From positions 124,001-188,000 of the forward strand of contig NW_026515691.1 of NCBI RefSeq assembly GCF_025526975.1: DNA of 64,000 nt, given 5' to 3'. The DNA comes from Fimicolochytrium jonesii (taxonomy: Eukaryota). This document shows, piece after piece, positions 36,755 through 49,606 of this stretch (position 1 is the stretch's first letter; each line of letters begins with the position of its first letter). A model generated the notes under the pieces. The model made no database searches, had not been told where the DNA came from, and saw only the letters and a list, made by a program, of their open reading frames with translations. Made by a program: the position numbers and the translations under genes.

Positions 36755-39700
36755 ATGACCACTCCCAGCAGACCTCGCAGGAAGGCAACGAGAAGGAATT
36801 ATGCCGTGGATGCTGGTGAAGGTGAAGAGGGCGAAGAGGGAACTGTCGACGACGGTCAGAATGGACAGGAGCCAGCGCCAGACACACCGCTCCAGGCAAA
36901 TAGCGCTCAGTCAGCTCCATCAACCTCGCAGCCGGACCCAGAAGCACAGGCGGAGGACTTGGATGCTCAGCATCCAGCGCTAGTAAAGCTGCTGGAACTC
37001 CTCAACAAAGCATTAGAAGAAAAAGCGCTCGTGCCGTTCACCCCGGAGTTGATGTTGGAGGTCAACAGCAGTTTCGCGGCGGAGGCTGACACGCCATCCA
37101 AATCGGTCTTGAAGAAACGCGGAAGACCTGGGAAGAAAAGAGTAGAGCAGAGTGAAACCAATGGGGCGGAGGGGGGCGCTGACAGTGCAGGACAGGCCGG
37201 GGCAGAGAGTACTGGCGTTGAAGCGGAGACACCAAAGGAGCCTTCAACACCGCAGCCAGCCAAACGTGGGCGCGGGGAAGAGAAAGCAACCGAGACGGTA
37301 GGAACAGCCGCTGGGGGGGAGCAGGCCAGCGTGGACACTTCAGTCGAAGATCAGGTCACAAATACGGGTACTGCCAAGAAGAAGATTGGGCGGCCCAGCA
37401 CGAAGAAGACAAAAGCAAAGCCTGGGAATAAGAAGGGCGCAGCCGCAGAGGACCCAGATTGTGATCCTGCTAATGGCGATGTCGATGTGCCTGAAAGTGG
37501 ATCGGCGAGCGCACAAAGTCAGGTCAGGAAGAAGAGGGGAAGGCCCAGTAAAAAAGAGATCCAAGCACGCGAAGCACAGGCGGCGGCGGAAGCTGTTGGT
37601 GGGGACGAAGAGGAACACAATGGGCATACAACAGTTGGCGCGAAAAAGCCAGCAAAGCGGAAAGCAGCATCAAGCCTACCCACGAAAGCCAGCAAGAAAG
37701 CCAAGGTCGTCGAGGAAGTGGAGGTTGTTCGGTACGTGCTGCCCATTCGAATGGACAACGGGCGATTCAAGTGCTGCGTTCCCTCTTGCGATAAAGACTT
37801 CCTCAATGTTGTTGGGATTCGCTACCACTTCGGAAACCATGTGCATGATGTGTTGGACTTTCTGCGATGGGCGTATCCCGTCGAAAGCACACCGGCTGCA
37901 ACCGAACAGCCTAGAGAAGGCGCCGTGCACAATGATGCGTCTGCGGCTCCCGGAGGCGATACAGAGGTTGGCGGGCCAGCCACCGTGTCAGCAGACGGGC
38001 CTTCTGCCGATATCGATCTTACTGCTGATCCACCAAGCGGCGGCCCGGCCACACAAGACGCCAACCAGGAATCGTCTGCATCCGAAGAAAAAGGCGTCAG
38101 AGCGGACGTAATAGCTCTCTACGACGAGATCCCATTCGACTCCTGGCCGATATCCATCGATACCTACGAGACCTACATCCCACGAGCGAAGAAGCCCACC
38201 ACGCTTGCCTTCCAGATGGGTGTCTCGAAAGAGCGCATCGCCCGACTAAGAGAAAAGCAGAAGGAAGTAATTTCACTGGAGAGGAAGAAAAGGCTTCCTC
38301 TGAAGAATTTGCGCGAGAAGACCACTGTGTCGAGCCCTGTGGCGTCTGTCAAGAAGTTGCGCGGGGAGACCGCCACGTCGAGCCCTGTGGGGTCACCAAA
38401 GGGGAAAGGAATCAGACAAGGCGATTTATGGATTTCTTACTTGCCGCATCCGCAAATGAAAGATGAGGAAGAGGAGTCGGTGGTGCGATCGGCGTTACCT
38501 GACATCACGCCTGCGCCGATATATCTCAGAGATTTCGAACTTGTTTCTGACGAGTAGGTGATGTGCGCATTGAAAAATCTGCCACCACGCAGTTCTGAGA
38601 GTCTTTTGCATATCACAGCAAAGGGGTCGAATACCTACCCGCCAAAGGACCAGTGAACATCAAAATCAACCTGGGCGGCACGGCCGGCGACCCTTTTACG
38701 CTCGCAAAGTTCGAGACTGTACCCTGTTGTAAGTCTCAATTTGCTTATCAGAGGGACAGGGGGCTCATCAAGGCGGATCTGTAGTTAACGAATAACCAAA
38801 ACAAAATAGCTAACAAGCGTGGCAGTAGGAAACGCGTCTTGTGTTATGCCGGCGGGTCCGTTTGGGGCTTGGATTGGTGTCCGTTGCCTGAGGATGCTTG
38901 TAAGTTTACATAGCTCCTTACTCAATTGGGATTTGGGCTGATCCTTCATCCCAACAGCAACTCAGTACCTGGCGGTCGGCGGCTACAAAATGACCATTGA
39001 GGAGCACCACGTCCTAAGTGCAAAGCAGGACGCGAAGAGCGGCGCCGACGCGAAAGGGTGCATCCAGATCTGGAACCCCGGACATCTCAGCGATGACAAA
39101 ACGACGGTATCGGAATCGGACACAGCTTCTCCCATGCTCGATATGTGTATACTGCACGAGTACGGATGCGTGTTTGACATTAAGTGGGCGCCGGCGGGAC
39201 ATTATCAGGACCCAAATTTGGTTAGTTGCTTGTGCAAGCTGAGACGAGGAAGGATAATATGCTGACATCTCCCGCATAGGACGCAGGCACTGGGACATTA
39301 CCGCAACTGGGGATCTTCGCTGTCACATTCGGAGACGGAAGCCTGAGGCTCTTGCAGATACCGCATCCATCAGCCATGCGGAGATCTTTGTCAATTGCAC
39401 CCGATCAGACATTATATGGTGCGCTGCCTTGTGCGAGCTCGATTCGTCGGCTGTGCCTCTCAATCTAATATCCATGCGTCATTCAGTGAAGGCGAATACC
39501 TATTTACTCACAGCATCCATGCCTGACGCCACGTTCTCGAAGTTGGCATGGAATGGCCCGGACATGCTCGCTAGCACGTGCAGCAATGGTGAGTAGCAGT
39601 GATTTCGCAAACCTCTGGGCCAACGGCTGATGAAAAACATGTTTACTATGTAGGTGCGATCGCCCTCTGGTCTCTCAGGGAAGCAATTGAGCGGAAACGA

Positions 39701-40792
39701 GCGGCATTCGAGGAGAGTGCAATGTATGTTGATGGCAGCGATGGGTCGCCTGAAGATGGTGGGTTAGCCGCGGGAAATATTGAAGCTTATCATTCTCATC
39801 CGCTGAAAATTGCTCGAACATTTCCAGACCCAGAGCCCCTAGCCTACATCCTCGCCCACGAAGCCAACATAACAGCCCTTGAATTCACCGGCCCATACCG
39901 CGGGCGCATCGGCCAATCTCTCCTCACCTCTGGCGCCGACGGGCGTCTCCTCACGCGCGACATCCGCGATCCCTGGAGCTCCGCACTTCTTACCCGCTTC
40001 CCCATGGTTATGGCCGCCATGACGTACGTGCCGATGGAAAATCGCATCGTCTTCGCGGATAGTGAGAACGTGCTCCGGACGATGCGCGTAGGCGAGGAAG
40101 CGAAGAATCCTAGCAAGAAGGAGAACAAGGATGATGGTGATGATGCCGGAGCGTATCACCGGCAGAGGACCAGTTACATCGCAGCGCATCAAGCGTGTAT
40201 ATGGGTATGTGGAGATAGGGGGCGCTCCGTACCTGTGCATACAAAGCCGGTGCTTACCGAACATCTTTGGCTTTGTAGCATGTGAAGCGGTCGGATCATC
40301 TACCTTTCGTATGCAGTGGCAGTGCTGATGGATCTGTGACTGTCTCCACTGTGCGACGGACTGGAGCTAATAGATTTCACGTAAGTTGGTCCGCACGCAA
40401 CTTTCTGGTGATAGTCGATTCTCTCTTCTCACCGCCGGATCTTCTCCTCTGCTTTCAGAAACCGGTCCAGGTTTTTCTCTACCGGCTAGAATATGATCAG
40501 CCGTCGGACACATTCACTCTCTTCGACGACCTGAATCCTCAGGTAAGCCTTTCGGTCGTTCCGTCTTCCTTGCGCGACTCTCTTTCTCACTAACCCCCGC
40601 GGACTCCGCGCTCCCCTACCACTTTCACAGATTGTTGCAGACAACCCACGGACTGTGCCCATCAACTTTTTCGGCCCTGAAATCGCGATCCAGAAGGTGG
40701 CGTGGAACCCCAACGTCAACGCATCTTCCTGGATCGCTTCTGCGGGGACTGCCGGGTTGGTGAGGATCGAGACCTGTTTCAAGTTCATGTGA
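36755..40792 (+). CDS. TFC6: TFIIIC WD40 subunit (Tfc6/GTF3C2-like) with AT-hooks and a C2H2-like finger, multi-exon
   Basis: AGGSVWGLDWCP, QYLAVGG, GCIQIW, HEYGCVFDIKWAP, LGIFAVTFGDGS, terminal IQKVAWNPN..WIASAGTAGLVRIE; RGRP motifs in the N-region. Confidence 0.82.
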
Positions 40793-41307
40793 TGTGCAAC
40801 ACGCACAATCACCCACATACATACGCTTATTGCACATTGTACATATCATTGCGCTCTTGCGCCACGCATCTATCTTATGCTCTGGTTGCTGTACATACTC
40901 ACTGCTTCATTCTTAACACGAGCGGAATCAAACGCATATCTTCATACCTGCAGCGTGTTGGGAACTTCGGCAGTTGAAGTCGGAGTTGGAAAAGAACGCG
41001 TATGGAACGCGTTGGGTCACTGCTCAAAGATACTCTCGCAAGCCACGTCGGCAGCCATTCTGCGCCACACTTACAGTTCTGGCTCCCCGTTTTCTCATGG
41101 GCATGTCCAATAGCAAGACTGCAATTCCCAGTTTCCACACAGGTTCAGAATCGCTGCGGCCACACTGTGCAATTGCCCTTAAACTGAAATACCAGAGCCA
41201 CGTCCGCCGCCTATTCGCCGAAGTTTTGCCTGACCACTAGACAGCGCAAAAAACCCCTCGACCTCCCACAACTCAACCTCAACTGAACGGACGACGGAAC
41301 AGCAACT

Positions 41308-41930
41308 ATGCCGAACAACCGAGTCATAAAGATGTCGAAGGTGAAGCAGTCCGAAAAGGCGCACCCATACTCCCGCAAAGCTGTCCAAATGCGGCGAGCC
41401 ATGAATCGCGAAGACAAGCTCGCGAAAAACAAGTCTGCGTCAGACGTGAAGAAGACACGGGCAGTCGAACGGATGCTGTGGTTCAAGTACGCCCTAGACG
41501 AGGAACTCACTGCGGCGACGAAGGAGCAGGTGCACGATATCATTGGACAGTATATCAACCGCTACGACTTGGAGATTGCGGAGTTGACTGAGAACATGCG
41601 CAAGGGCCGTCCACCACCGGCTCGGTTGGAGTTGTTGAAGACGCTGCGATCGAAGGATATTCAGGAGTACAACACGGGCATTGGTGAGACAGCTGTTCCT
41701 CGTCGAATTCACGCCGTCTGAGTTGTGTTGATTTCTAATGGTGTTACCCACTCTCAACAGAGGTACCGCAAATGATGCACCCAAAAAACGTCGTTGCTCT
41801 GCGGAAGTGGGAAGGCGATTACAACGGGATTGGGGAAATCAAGACTGTCGTCGTAAGGAAAGCGGATGGCGCAAGTGCTCCTCCCGCCGATCCGATAAGC
41901 AAACTGACAGGGATGGATGTGGATGCATGA
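41308..41930 (+). CDS. TMA16: Translation machinery-associated protein 16, 2 exons
   Basis: HPYSRKAVQMRRA, ERMLWFK, YINRYDLEIAEL..RKGRPPPARLELL, EYNTGI/EVP..LRKWEGD. Confidence 0.9.
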
Positions 41931-42225
41931 AGAAAATAGCCGAAAGTTTTTGATACCCCATTCGTCGCACGCGTATTTATTTAGATCAGAGTAGATTCCT
42001 TGAGGCAGTTCAATTTTGGCCATCTTTATTTACGAAACCATTTTGCATAGTGATTACAGAACAGTTATTGTATCTCACAAGTTTTTACGAGTGTCCGCTG
42101 CTACACTAGTAAATGAATTGAGGATCGAGAGCCCCCAGTGAGCGAGTGAATGTACGCCTGGGCCGATTCAGATAAATGTTCGGGCCATTATGGCGACGGT
42201 AGAATCTGATGTGTGAGCTCGATTC

Positions 42226-45200
42226 TCATCCCTTTGCCTTTCCTTTTCCCCGACGCACTTCCGCTTTCCTTTCTTTACTCTCATCTTTATCTTCCCAGCT
42301 TCCCACCCCGCTATCCGCACTCGCGAATGACGTCGCGGATCTATCCGATTCATCCGAGTCGGAGTTTTCCGATGAATGCGATTTTGGTATGGACCCCGTT
42401 TCCATCGGTCTCTTCCTCTTTCCACCCTCGCTCGCCGTATCTTCGTCCCGCTCCTGATGGTATTCACGGCCGGTGTAATTCATACCACCTCCACCATATC
42501 CATCGCTCGCATCCCGATACCCGTAGTCCTCCGCCGGCTCAACCCAGTGCGCCTCTCTAGTCTCATCTTGTGTCCAATCGTCCGTCCACGTGGAGGGGGG
42601 GCTGTCACCGCCGGCCTCATCATAACCGTAATCACCAATTTCCTCAGGTGGTGGGTACTCGTACGCATGATCGGCGCCGTCCTGATCCCCCCACGACGAC
42701 CAGGTAAGGGCCTCTCGCGGCGTGACGTCGACAGGCTCGTCCCATTGACTGCCTGGCACATCGTCACCGGGGAACTCGTAATAGTAGGCGTTGTTAGAGG
42801 GATCCCATTCTGTGTCGTCATAGTCGCTGAGCATCTCTTTGCTGAACCGCTGCGTCGCGGAGAAGAGGGAGCGCGGTGGCTGTTGTTGGTTTGCATCGGC
42901 CGAGTCTGGGTCAAAGGAGCCGTTATGTGACCAGACATGATCGGAGGGAGAGGTGGGCGAGTCGCTGCTGTCAGGTTCGTAAACCTCCATGCGCAACCAC
43001 TCTTCATAGTTCTCCAGAAAGTTGGCATCCAGAGTTAACTGGTCGTAAGCGTGCATCACGGATCCGGACGATGTCGAGGAGGTCGACGATGGGGGGCCAT
43101 TGCGGGTTCCTGAGGCAGCCGCGATGGCATGAATCTGTGGGTCCGTTGCCCCTTGATAGCTCGCTCGGCGTGAAATAGACAAGATGAGATCCAGCTCATC
43201 GACGTGCGAGTGCGTTGCGGACTCCTCATCTGCACTATGAGTCGCTGGGGCTGGTGAGAGGCCTTCAAGAGAGCTGTAGCGGTGCTCATGGTAGGAAGCG
43301 ATGAGAGACCGGAGCTTTTGTTCGTGCGCCTGGTTGGTGAGTAGGATAGAGCGTATAGATAAGCATCGCAGTTCACACCCTTGCATCGCAGTTCACACTT
43401 TGCTTGTGGACCCACCAGCGCCTCGTCAACGTCCACGTCCACATCTCCAGCCAAGTATTCATCCCTCAAGTATGGGCGCAAATGCACAAAGATGGCAGTT
43501 ACTACTTTCATATTGCCTAGAGAAATGGTAAATGCATCAGCCACTATCCTGATTCCGAACATTTGACGGGGAATCACGTACTGGACCGCCACTTCTTCCC
43601 AAGGTACGGGATTTGACTCTTCAACAGCTTCAGCGCATATAGCTGCAATCCCACATGATTGACCTTCATCGCGCGCTTCAAAACCGCAGAGGCTTTCCAT
43701 TGAACCAGCGCTAGGATTCTGTGCGTTTTGCGCTTCGTGAGCTTCTGTAAAATGCGGAGAAGGTTGATCGCAGTGTAGAAATTGCGGAACGATGATGCTG
43801 TTTTCTGTTCGGCGCCGTTGTCATCCCCCGTAAACCCATTCGCTGCATCTGGTGACAAAAGGTCAGAGCTTTGACGGCGCGTTGGGTATGCCGTCGACGG
43901 TGCATCGGTTTCAACGGTTTGCTTAGTGGTGTCATCAGCCGCGGGCTCTTTTCCACAGCCAGATCCTGCCTCCGTTTCATCCCTCCTCGCGAAATAGAAG
44001 AAATCTAATTCCGCGGGCTCGTCTCTCTTCGTCAGCCGTACAGCCCCCATTCCTTGCATGGCCGCCTGCGCTGCGGTGGGTGATTTGGGCTTTTCCCACG
44101 GAATCGGGTTCCCTTGTGGGTCGAGCAACGGTGGTCCTCCATAGTTGGGGGAGGCAATCGTTGGATTCTGTAGCCAGGCAGATAGCATCTTGAGGATAAG
44201 GATAGCGCAGTTGTTGTCCACCATGAGCTGTGAGATGTATTCGAACTTCAAGGCATCTGGAGAAACGGAAACCGGATCAGAAACATTCAGAGGAAGTGCC
44301 AGTCAGTGATTTTCCGTCGGCTTACGATGACACTTGGTAGCTTTCAGCAGGATCATCAAAATCCCACTGACGGCTTTCGTGACAACTTCCTTATGACGGT
44401 TGTTGTCCACGCGGAGGAGATGGCTCCGTTGTTCCTCTGGCGTCATCTCATTGAAAGGGATTCCCGGATCCAGATCATCATTTAACCCTCCGCCTTTCTC
44501 GCCCTCCCCATCTGGCTTCCCACCCGGCACAGTCGTGCTTCCAAGATTCACGTAGTACAGGAGACGGATCAGCATGCCTATGTGCGTGGCCATGTGGGGC
44601 AGAAGATGACGCTAGAAATAAAACAGATAGGTCAGCAACTTGCTTGAAGACGCCGTTCTACTTCGGAATATCCATCCTTCCACTCACATAGAGAGTCTCG
44701 AACCGCTTCAACCTAACGGCGTCTTCCTTCCGGATTCTCTGAGCGTTCTGCTTCAAGTTCCGACTTGTCACCGAGACCTCACGCCGTCTCTCACTTCCAA
44801 ACTCGCTCGGTGTGCCATTGCTCTCATCATCAGCCGGGTCCGTCAAGTCACTTTGCTCCCGATCGTTATCTCCCGATAACTTCCGGCTGCTTTCTTCCTT
44901 CTCCACCCGGTCTTTCTCGCGCGAAATTTGTACCAAGGATGCCGAGGTGTAGTTGTGCTTCTTGTACAGGTCGACACTTTCCTGGAACATAGCCGGGAGA
45001 AGGGAATCATACGGCGATGTGTATGGCTGCGTCAGGCATGGTTGTTGGACGTTGCGACGCGTATTGCCTGGAATGCCTTCTGGAAGTGTCTTACGAGGTG
45101 GGAGAAGTATGGAAGGGTCTGGCGTAACGTATGCAGGGTATCGAGCGGCGGTGGATGTATGATAGTTCAGATAGTCCTGAGGAACCGACTTTACGAGGAG

Positions 45201-46352
45201 GCTTTCGTCGAAGGCCGGCAGGCCTTCCAGAGTCCGAGAAGCGCTCTTCAGTTCACTGAGGCGTTTCGTGTCACCCAAGCACACCAAAAGCACGTTCCAG
45301 AGCAGAAGGAGGAGCTTCTTCACCGGATAGTGCTTCCTGTTTCCTTCCGCTAGTTGAGCTACCAAGCCAAAGAGGAAGGCAGCTAGAGGTGGGTTCGTGT
45401 TCGTGATTTCCTGCGAGAACGCCTCCTCCTTGCCGTTCACCTTCAGCAAGAAAAAGAGCACGCACATGTGCGCCGATGTTTCGCCCGTCGCAAGGTCCAT
45501 CGCGTACTGGCGCTCATTCGAGAGCAGCTGCGGGTCCGTGACGCGAGTAAGTAAGTCCAATGTCACAGAGACCACCTTCAGTGCTGCAAACACATGATCA
45601 AGTGCTCCCAGCTCGAACAGCAGAACGTTGTTATCTCGGATGCTCTGGAGATGCTCCTCCTGAGATTGTGCCTCGCCAAAGCACCCTTGCGCAATGTATA
45701 GCAGTTTGGTAGTGGCTTTGTATCGCAACTCTGGATCACGGAGTTCTAGCTGTTCCAGAAGACATCCGACGCAATTTGCCTTCTCCGACCTCTTCGCGCC
45801 CTTCCATTGTCCCTTGAAGGATGCCTCAAACACCTCCCTTCCTTCCAGCATCTGCGGCTTGTCCTGGAAGTTATGAAACTCGTTGATCTCGTTTTCGAAC
45901 GTGTCCTCGTCGGCATATATAAAATCGTACGCAGGTGCTTTCTTCTGCCCTGCACTCAACTGTCGGGGGCCCCTCCGTAGTTGCACCTCAGGCGGTGCTT
46001 GACTGTACTCTGGCACCACCCCAGCGTCCTCCACGGGGCCCTGTATCGGCACCTTCGGCCCAGTCGTCTCATTTGCAGCACCGTTCGGCTCGCCTCGTCG
46101 CACGTGCCAGCTTCCGTCCGCGTTCTGCCTAAGATCACTTAGTGCCGGAGGTGCGGCTGAAGGGTCATATGGAGGTGGTGGCGGGGTTGGAGGAAGGAAG
46201 ACGGGCGGTGCTGGTGGCGCGGTCTCTCCGTGAATCCCTCGAAGATGACTATTCTGCAACGTTGTATGCACGGGCCGAGGGGCGAAGATGACTGGGGGAG
46301 GAAGGCTGAGTGGTTTACGCTCCACTATCATGCTCGGCCGCACGAGAGCCAT
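42226..46352 (-). CDS. FAR11: STRIPAK subunit Far11/STRIP, multi-exon
   Basis: YDFIYADEDTFENEINE, KLLYIAQG, YPVKKLLLLLW, RHKEVVTKAVSGILMILLK, KFEYISQLMVDNN, AINLLRILQKLTK, LYALKLLKSQIPYLGKKWR, LDANFLENYEEWL. Confidence 0.93.
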
Positions 46353-46413
46353 TGTGAGAATTCTGGAGCAATCTTCGCCCCGTAAGGAGTCCGTTGCCTG
46401 GAGTGGCTTTGCA

Positions 46414-46747
46414 ATTGGTCCGTAACGAAGGAGCGAGTGCAGCTGTACTCAATATGCTTCTCCGAGTCGTAAGAGTGTTCTCCCACTGAAAGCGGTCGTG
46501 AAACTCAACTTCACAATTGGAAGGCTCCATTGAGCCCAGCATTGAGCCCAATGCTTTCGCGTCTCCCTCATCCTCGTCCAATAGTCCAATCCAGAGTCCA
46601 ATCCTCGTCCGTTGGGCCTTGACGTTTTCATACTGTACGATAGCTTAGACTGAAGGACTGAACGTCATTTCTCAAGTGAACGGCGGTCAGCAATTGGTTC
46701 TAGTTGCTATTGCATATATTATAGGGCATACAGTAGCGTTCTATTGG
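46414..46747. promoter_or_regulatory. CCAAT-box cluster in the FAR11/LENG1 divergent promoter
   Basis: Eight CCAAT/ATTGG pentamers (46414, 46516, 46548, 46578, 46586, 46598, 46693, 46743) in the ~440-bp intergenic gap. Confidence 0.5.
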
Positions 46748-46791
46748 GCAGCTCCGACCTCCTCGTGTGCCGTTGTTAGCTATCGACCGTC

Positions 46792-48042
46792 ATGCCGAAG
46801 CTGAACATTCTCCCACACAAAAGGTGAGGTTTCCCCTCCGCGTTCCTTACACCACAGTCGAACTTGAACTTATACTGCTCCCCTACCCACAGCTGGCACG
46901 TTTACAACGCCGAGAACCGCGAACGGGTCCGTCGAGATGAGGAAACCGCCCGCGCTGAAGAGGCGAAGAAGCGCGAGCCGGCCCTGCAAGCAGAGAGCGA
47001 AGCACGGCTCGGGTTACTCAGGCGACAGGCTAAGAGGCGACGAGAGGGCCTGGGCACCGAGGTGGTAGTGGGTGGTCATGGAGAGGGGACTGGGCTGGCG
47101 GAGGGTGGAGCGGAACCGAAAGGAGGCAACGTTGTGAACGACGCGGGTGAAGGACTCATCGTTTCCGAAGAGATGAAGCCATGGCCGAAACCACAAAGCA
47201 CCCAGTTCGGATTAGACGCTGAGAGTGCCGGCCAAACGCACATCAATCTCTTCGCCGACGCCGAGGCTGATCTCAAACACAAATCGCTGCAGAAGGTGTC
47301 GAGACCTACGTCTACGTCCGACTCCAAACGCGACAAAAAGTCAAAAATTCCTGAACCGGACCAGTTTACTTGGTATCTTGGGGAAACCCAAGATGGCAAG
47401 AAAGCGGCGCCGTGGTATGTCTCCCTCGCTGATAAACCAATTGGGCCTGCTCCTGAGCTACCACCTGCCGTAAGGAAGAAATATGCCGATAAGGAGAAAA
47501 GAGCCGCGAAGGATGACTCGAGGAAACGATGGGAAGATCCACTGAGCGCTGTGATTAAAGCGACGAAAGGCAGCAAGCGAGACAGCCGTCACGAAGTGAG
47601 GAAGCGGCATGTGGGTGACGATCGGCGGGACTCAGACAAGCGACATCATCGAGATACGCGAAGCGAACGGGATGATGGAGACCGTGACCTTCCCGCCAAA
47701 TCACATTCGAAGAATGATACTACATCGTCCATCGAGAGACTGCGGGCGGAGCGCCTGCAGCGCGAAGCAGCCGAACGACTGAAAGCGGGACAGCTCCTCA
47801 ACCCGGGGCTCCATCGAACGCGCCACGAGAAGGATTCATCGTTCTATCACTCGCAGTTCAATCCGGGCATGTCGAGACCGCACGGTCATGCGGAGCGGTC
47901 CGCAGGAGGCGTGAGATGGAGCGGAGACGTCGAGATCAATGGCCGTGAGCGACGACCGGATGTAGCCCATGAGAAGCAGCAAGAACAAACGCAAGACCGA
48001 GGGAGTAAAGGACGAAGGGAGGCGAGGTATAAGCCATATTGA
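46792..48042 (+). CDS. LENG1-like (Cir_N domain) spliceosome-associated protein, 2 exons
   Basis: MPKLNILPHK/SWHVYNAENRERVRRDE, HINLF, YLGET..PWY, DPL, IERLRAERLQREAAER, YHSQFNP. Confidence 0.82.
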
Positions 48043-48583
48043 CATGCTGAGGCTGCTGTCCTGTCCCTTGTGAGGACATACGATCACGTACAGCTTGTGT
48101 GCAGCGCCCCTGCCAGCCGAGCGCACCACTCTGCCCTGCTTGCCCATCCGTCTACTAAAGCCCTACCGGACAATGACTCGAAGTGGCTCTCTGCCACTAC
48201 TCACCAGCACATTCTGACGCGCGCCACTCGAGGAGAGCTACCGATACCGAAAGATGATTCCCCTCAATCGCCAGCCCCCATGCGAACACTAGCACTTGCA
48301 AGGTGACCTATTACGATGAAGCTGGGGTGTACTACTGGGCCAGCGTGCGAAAACGTTCATGGATTGCGACGATTTCCACATATATATATCATATACACAT
48401 TTCGCATGCGGGCTGCGTAATAAGAAAGGCGTTACCAAGCACCAGGCACATATTCGTGGCAGTCACCACTGTTCATGTACGCGTGTTGCAGCTATCGTCC
48501 GTATGTCGCCGCTGTCACACGCCTTCCTACATCCCCGTCCCCAACAATTCCAAAAAAAAAAAACGGAGAACAACCCTCAACTA

Positions 48584-49388
48584 CTACATCGCGACTCCGT
48601 ATCCCTCAAAATTTCGCAAAATGATGCCAACGTTGAGATGCACTTTGCCCATTGAGCATGTTGTGAGGCGGAATCTATCCGTGGGGGTGTGTACCAGGTC
48701 TGTGTTTACTAGCGTCGGTGTTGTGCCAAAAATCCATGCTGTCCAACCAGCTATGAGTGGGGTGGGCTTCCAATGCATGAACTTCCGAAGCACTTACAGT
48801 AGAGGGAATCAAATGTTGATAATGCAGGTCGCCAAGTGACTATCTCAAGCTTATGCTCGCCAGGTGTTGTTGGGATGTGTGTGAAGCCATAGCCATCTAC
48901 TCAAGACGAAAACTTGACATCAACGAGGGAACAAACAACTCGAAGCAATTGCGAGACATACTCACATAGTTCATCCCGCCCCAGCCAGTCTCTCCGGAGG
49001 ACTTGGACCTGTATCTTTGGCCAACCTGTCACTGTCTTCGTCGCGTAATGTAGATCTGGTTTCAAAGCCAATAAGGTTATATATATATCTGGATCTACCG
49101 CTCTTTAATGACGGGAAACACATACCCAATGGATGGCTCCATGCTGTAAACTTGCTTGCCTATAAAGAGAAAGAGGGGAAATTGCGATCAATTACCTGCA
49201 TCACACCAATTCCAATGAACCGAGAAAATCTCACTGACCTGGGGCATGTCAACCTGTGTACTTCCCTCCACATCTCCTTCAATAAGCCGCCAGCCGTCAC
49301 CAGCAACGATGCGCCATTTGCAACGCAGCTGGGATGACGGGAACCCTGAAGCGCCCGCCAGCGTCCCTATTATGTGGACCTCGGCCAT
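48584..49388 (-). CDS. B9D2: B9 domain-containing protein 2 (ciliary transition zone), 5 exons
   Basis: MAEVHIIGTLAGASGF..CKW..GWRLIEGDVEGSTQVD; AWSHPL/DLHYATKTVTGWPKI; GRDEL/YGYGFTHIPTTPG; DRFRLTTCSMGKVHLNVGIILRNFEGYGV. Confidence 0.95.
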
Positions 49389-49606
49389 GATAGTGAGAGC
49401 ATAAGCCGTAGCAGCCGTAGCTACCAGTTGAGTCGAAAGCAGATCCAAGCAGAAACGCGTTGCGGGAAAAGGTACGCGTTGTTCATTTGCCAATGCGCAA
49501 AACTTTGGGCTCTCGGACTCAGTGTCGAACTCGGGAAGGAAAGCGACGGCCAGAGCGACAACCTCTCCAACCGTCTTTCTCTTGCGGGAGCCGCGTAAAC
49601 AACACT

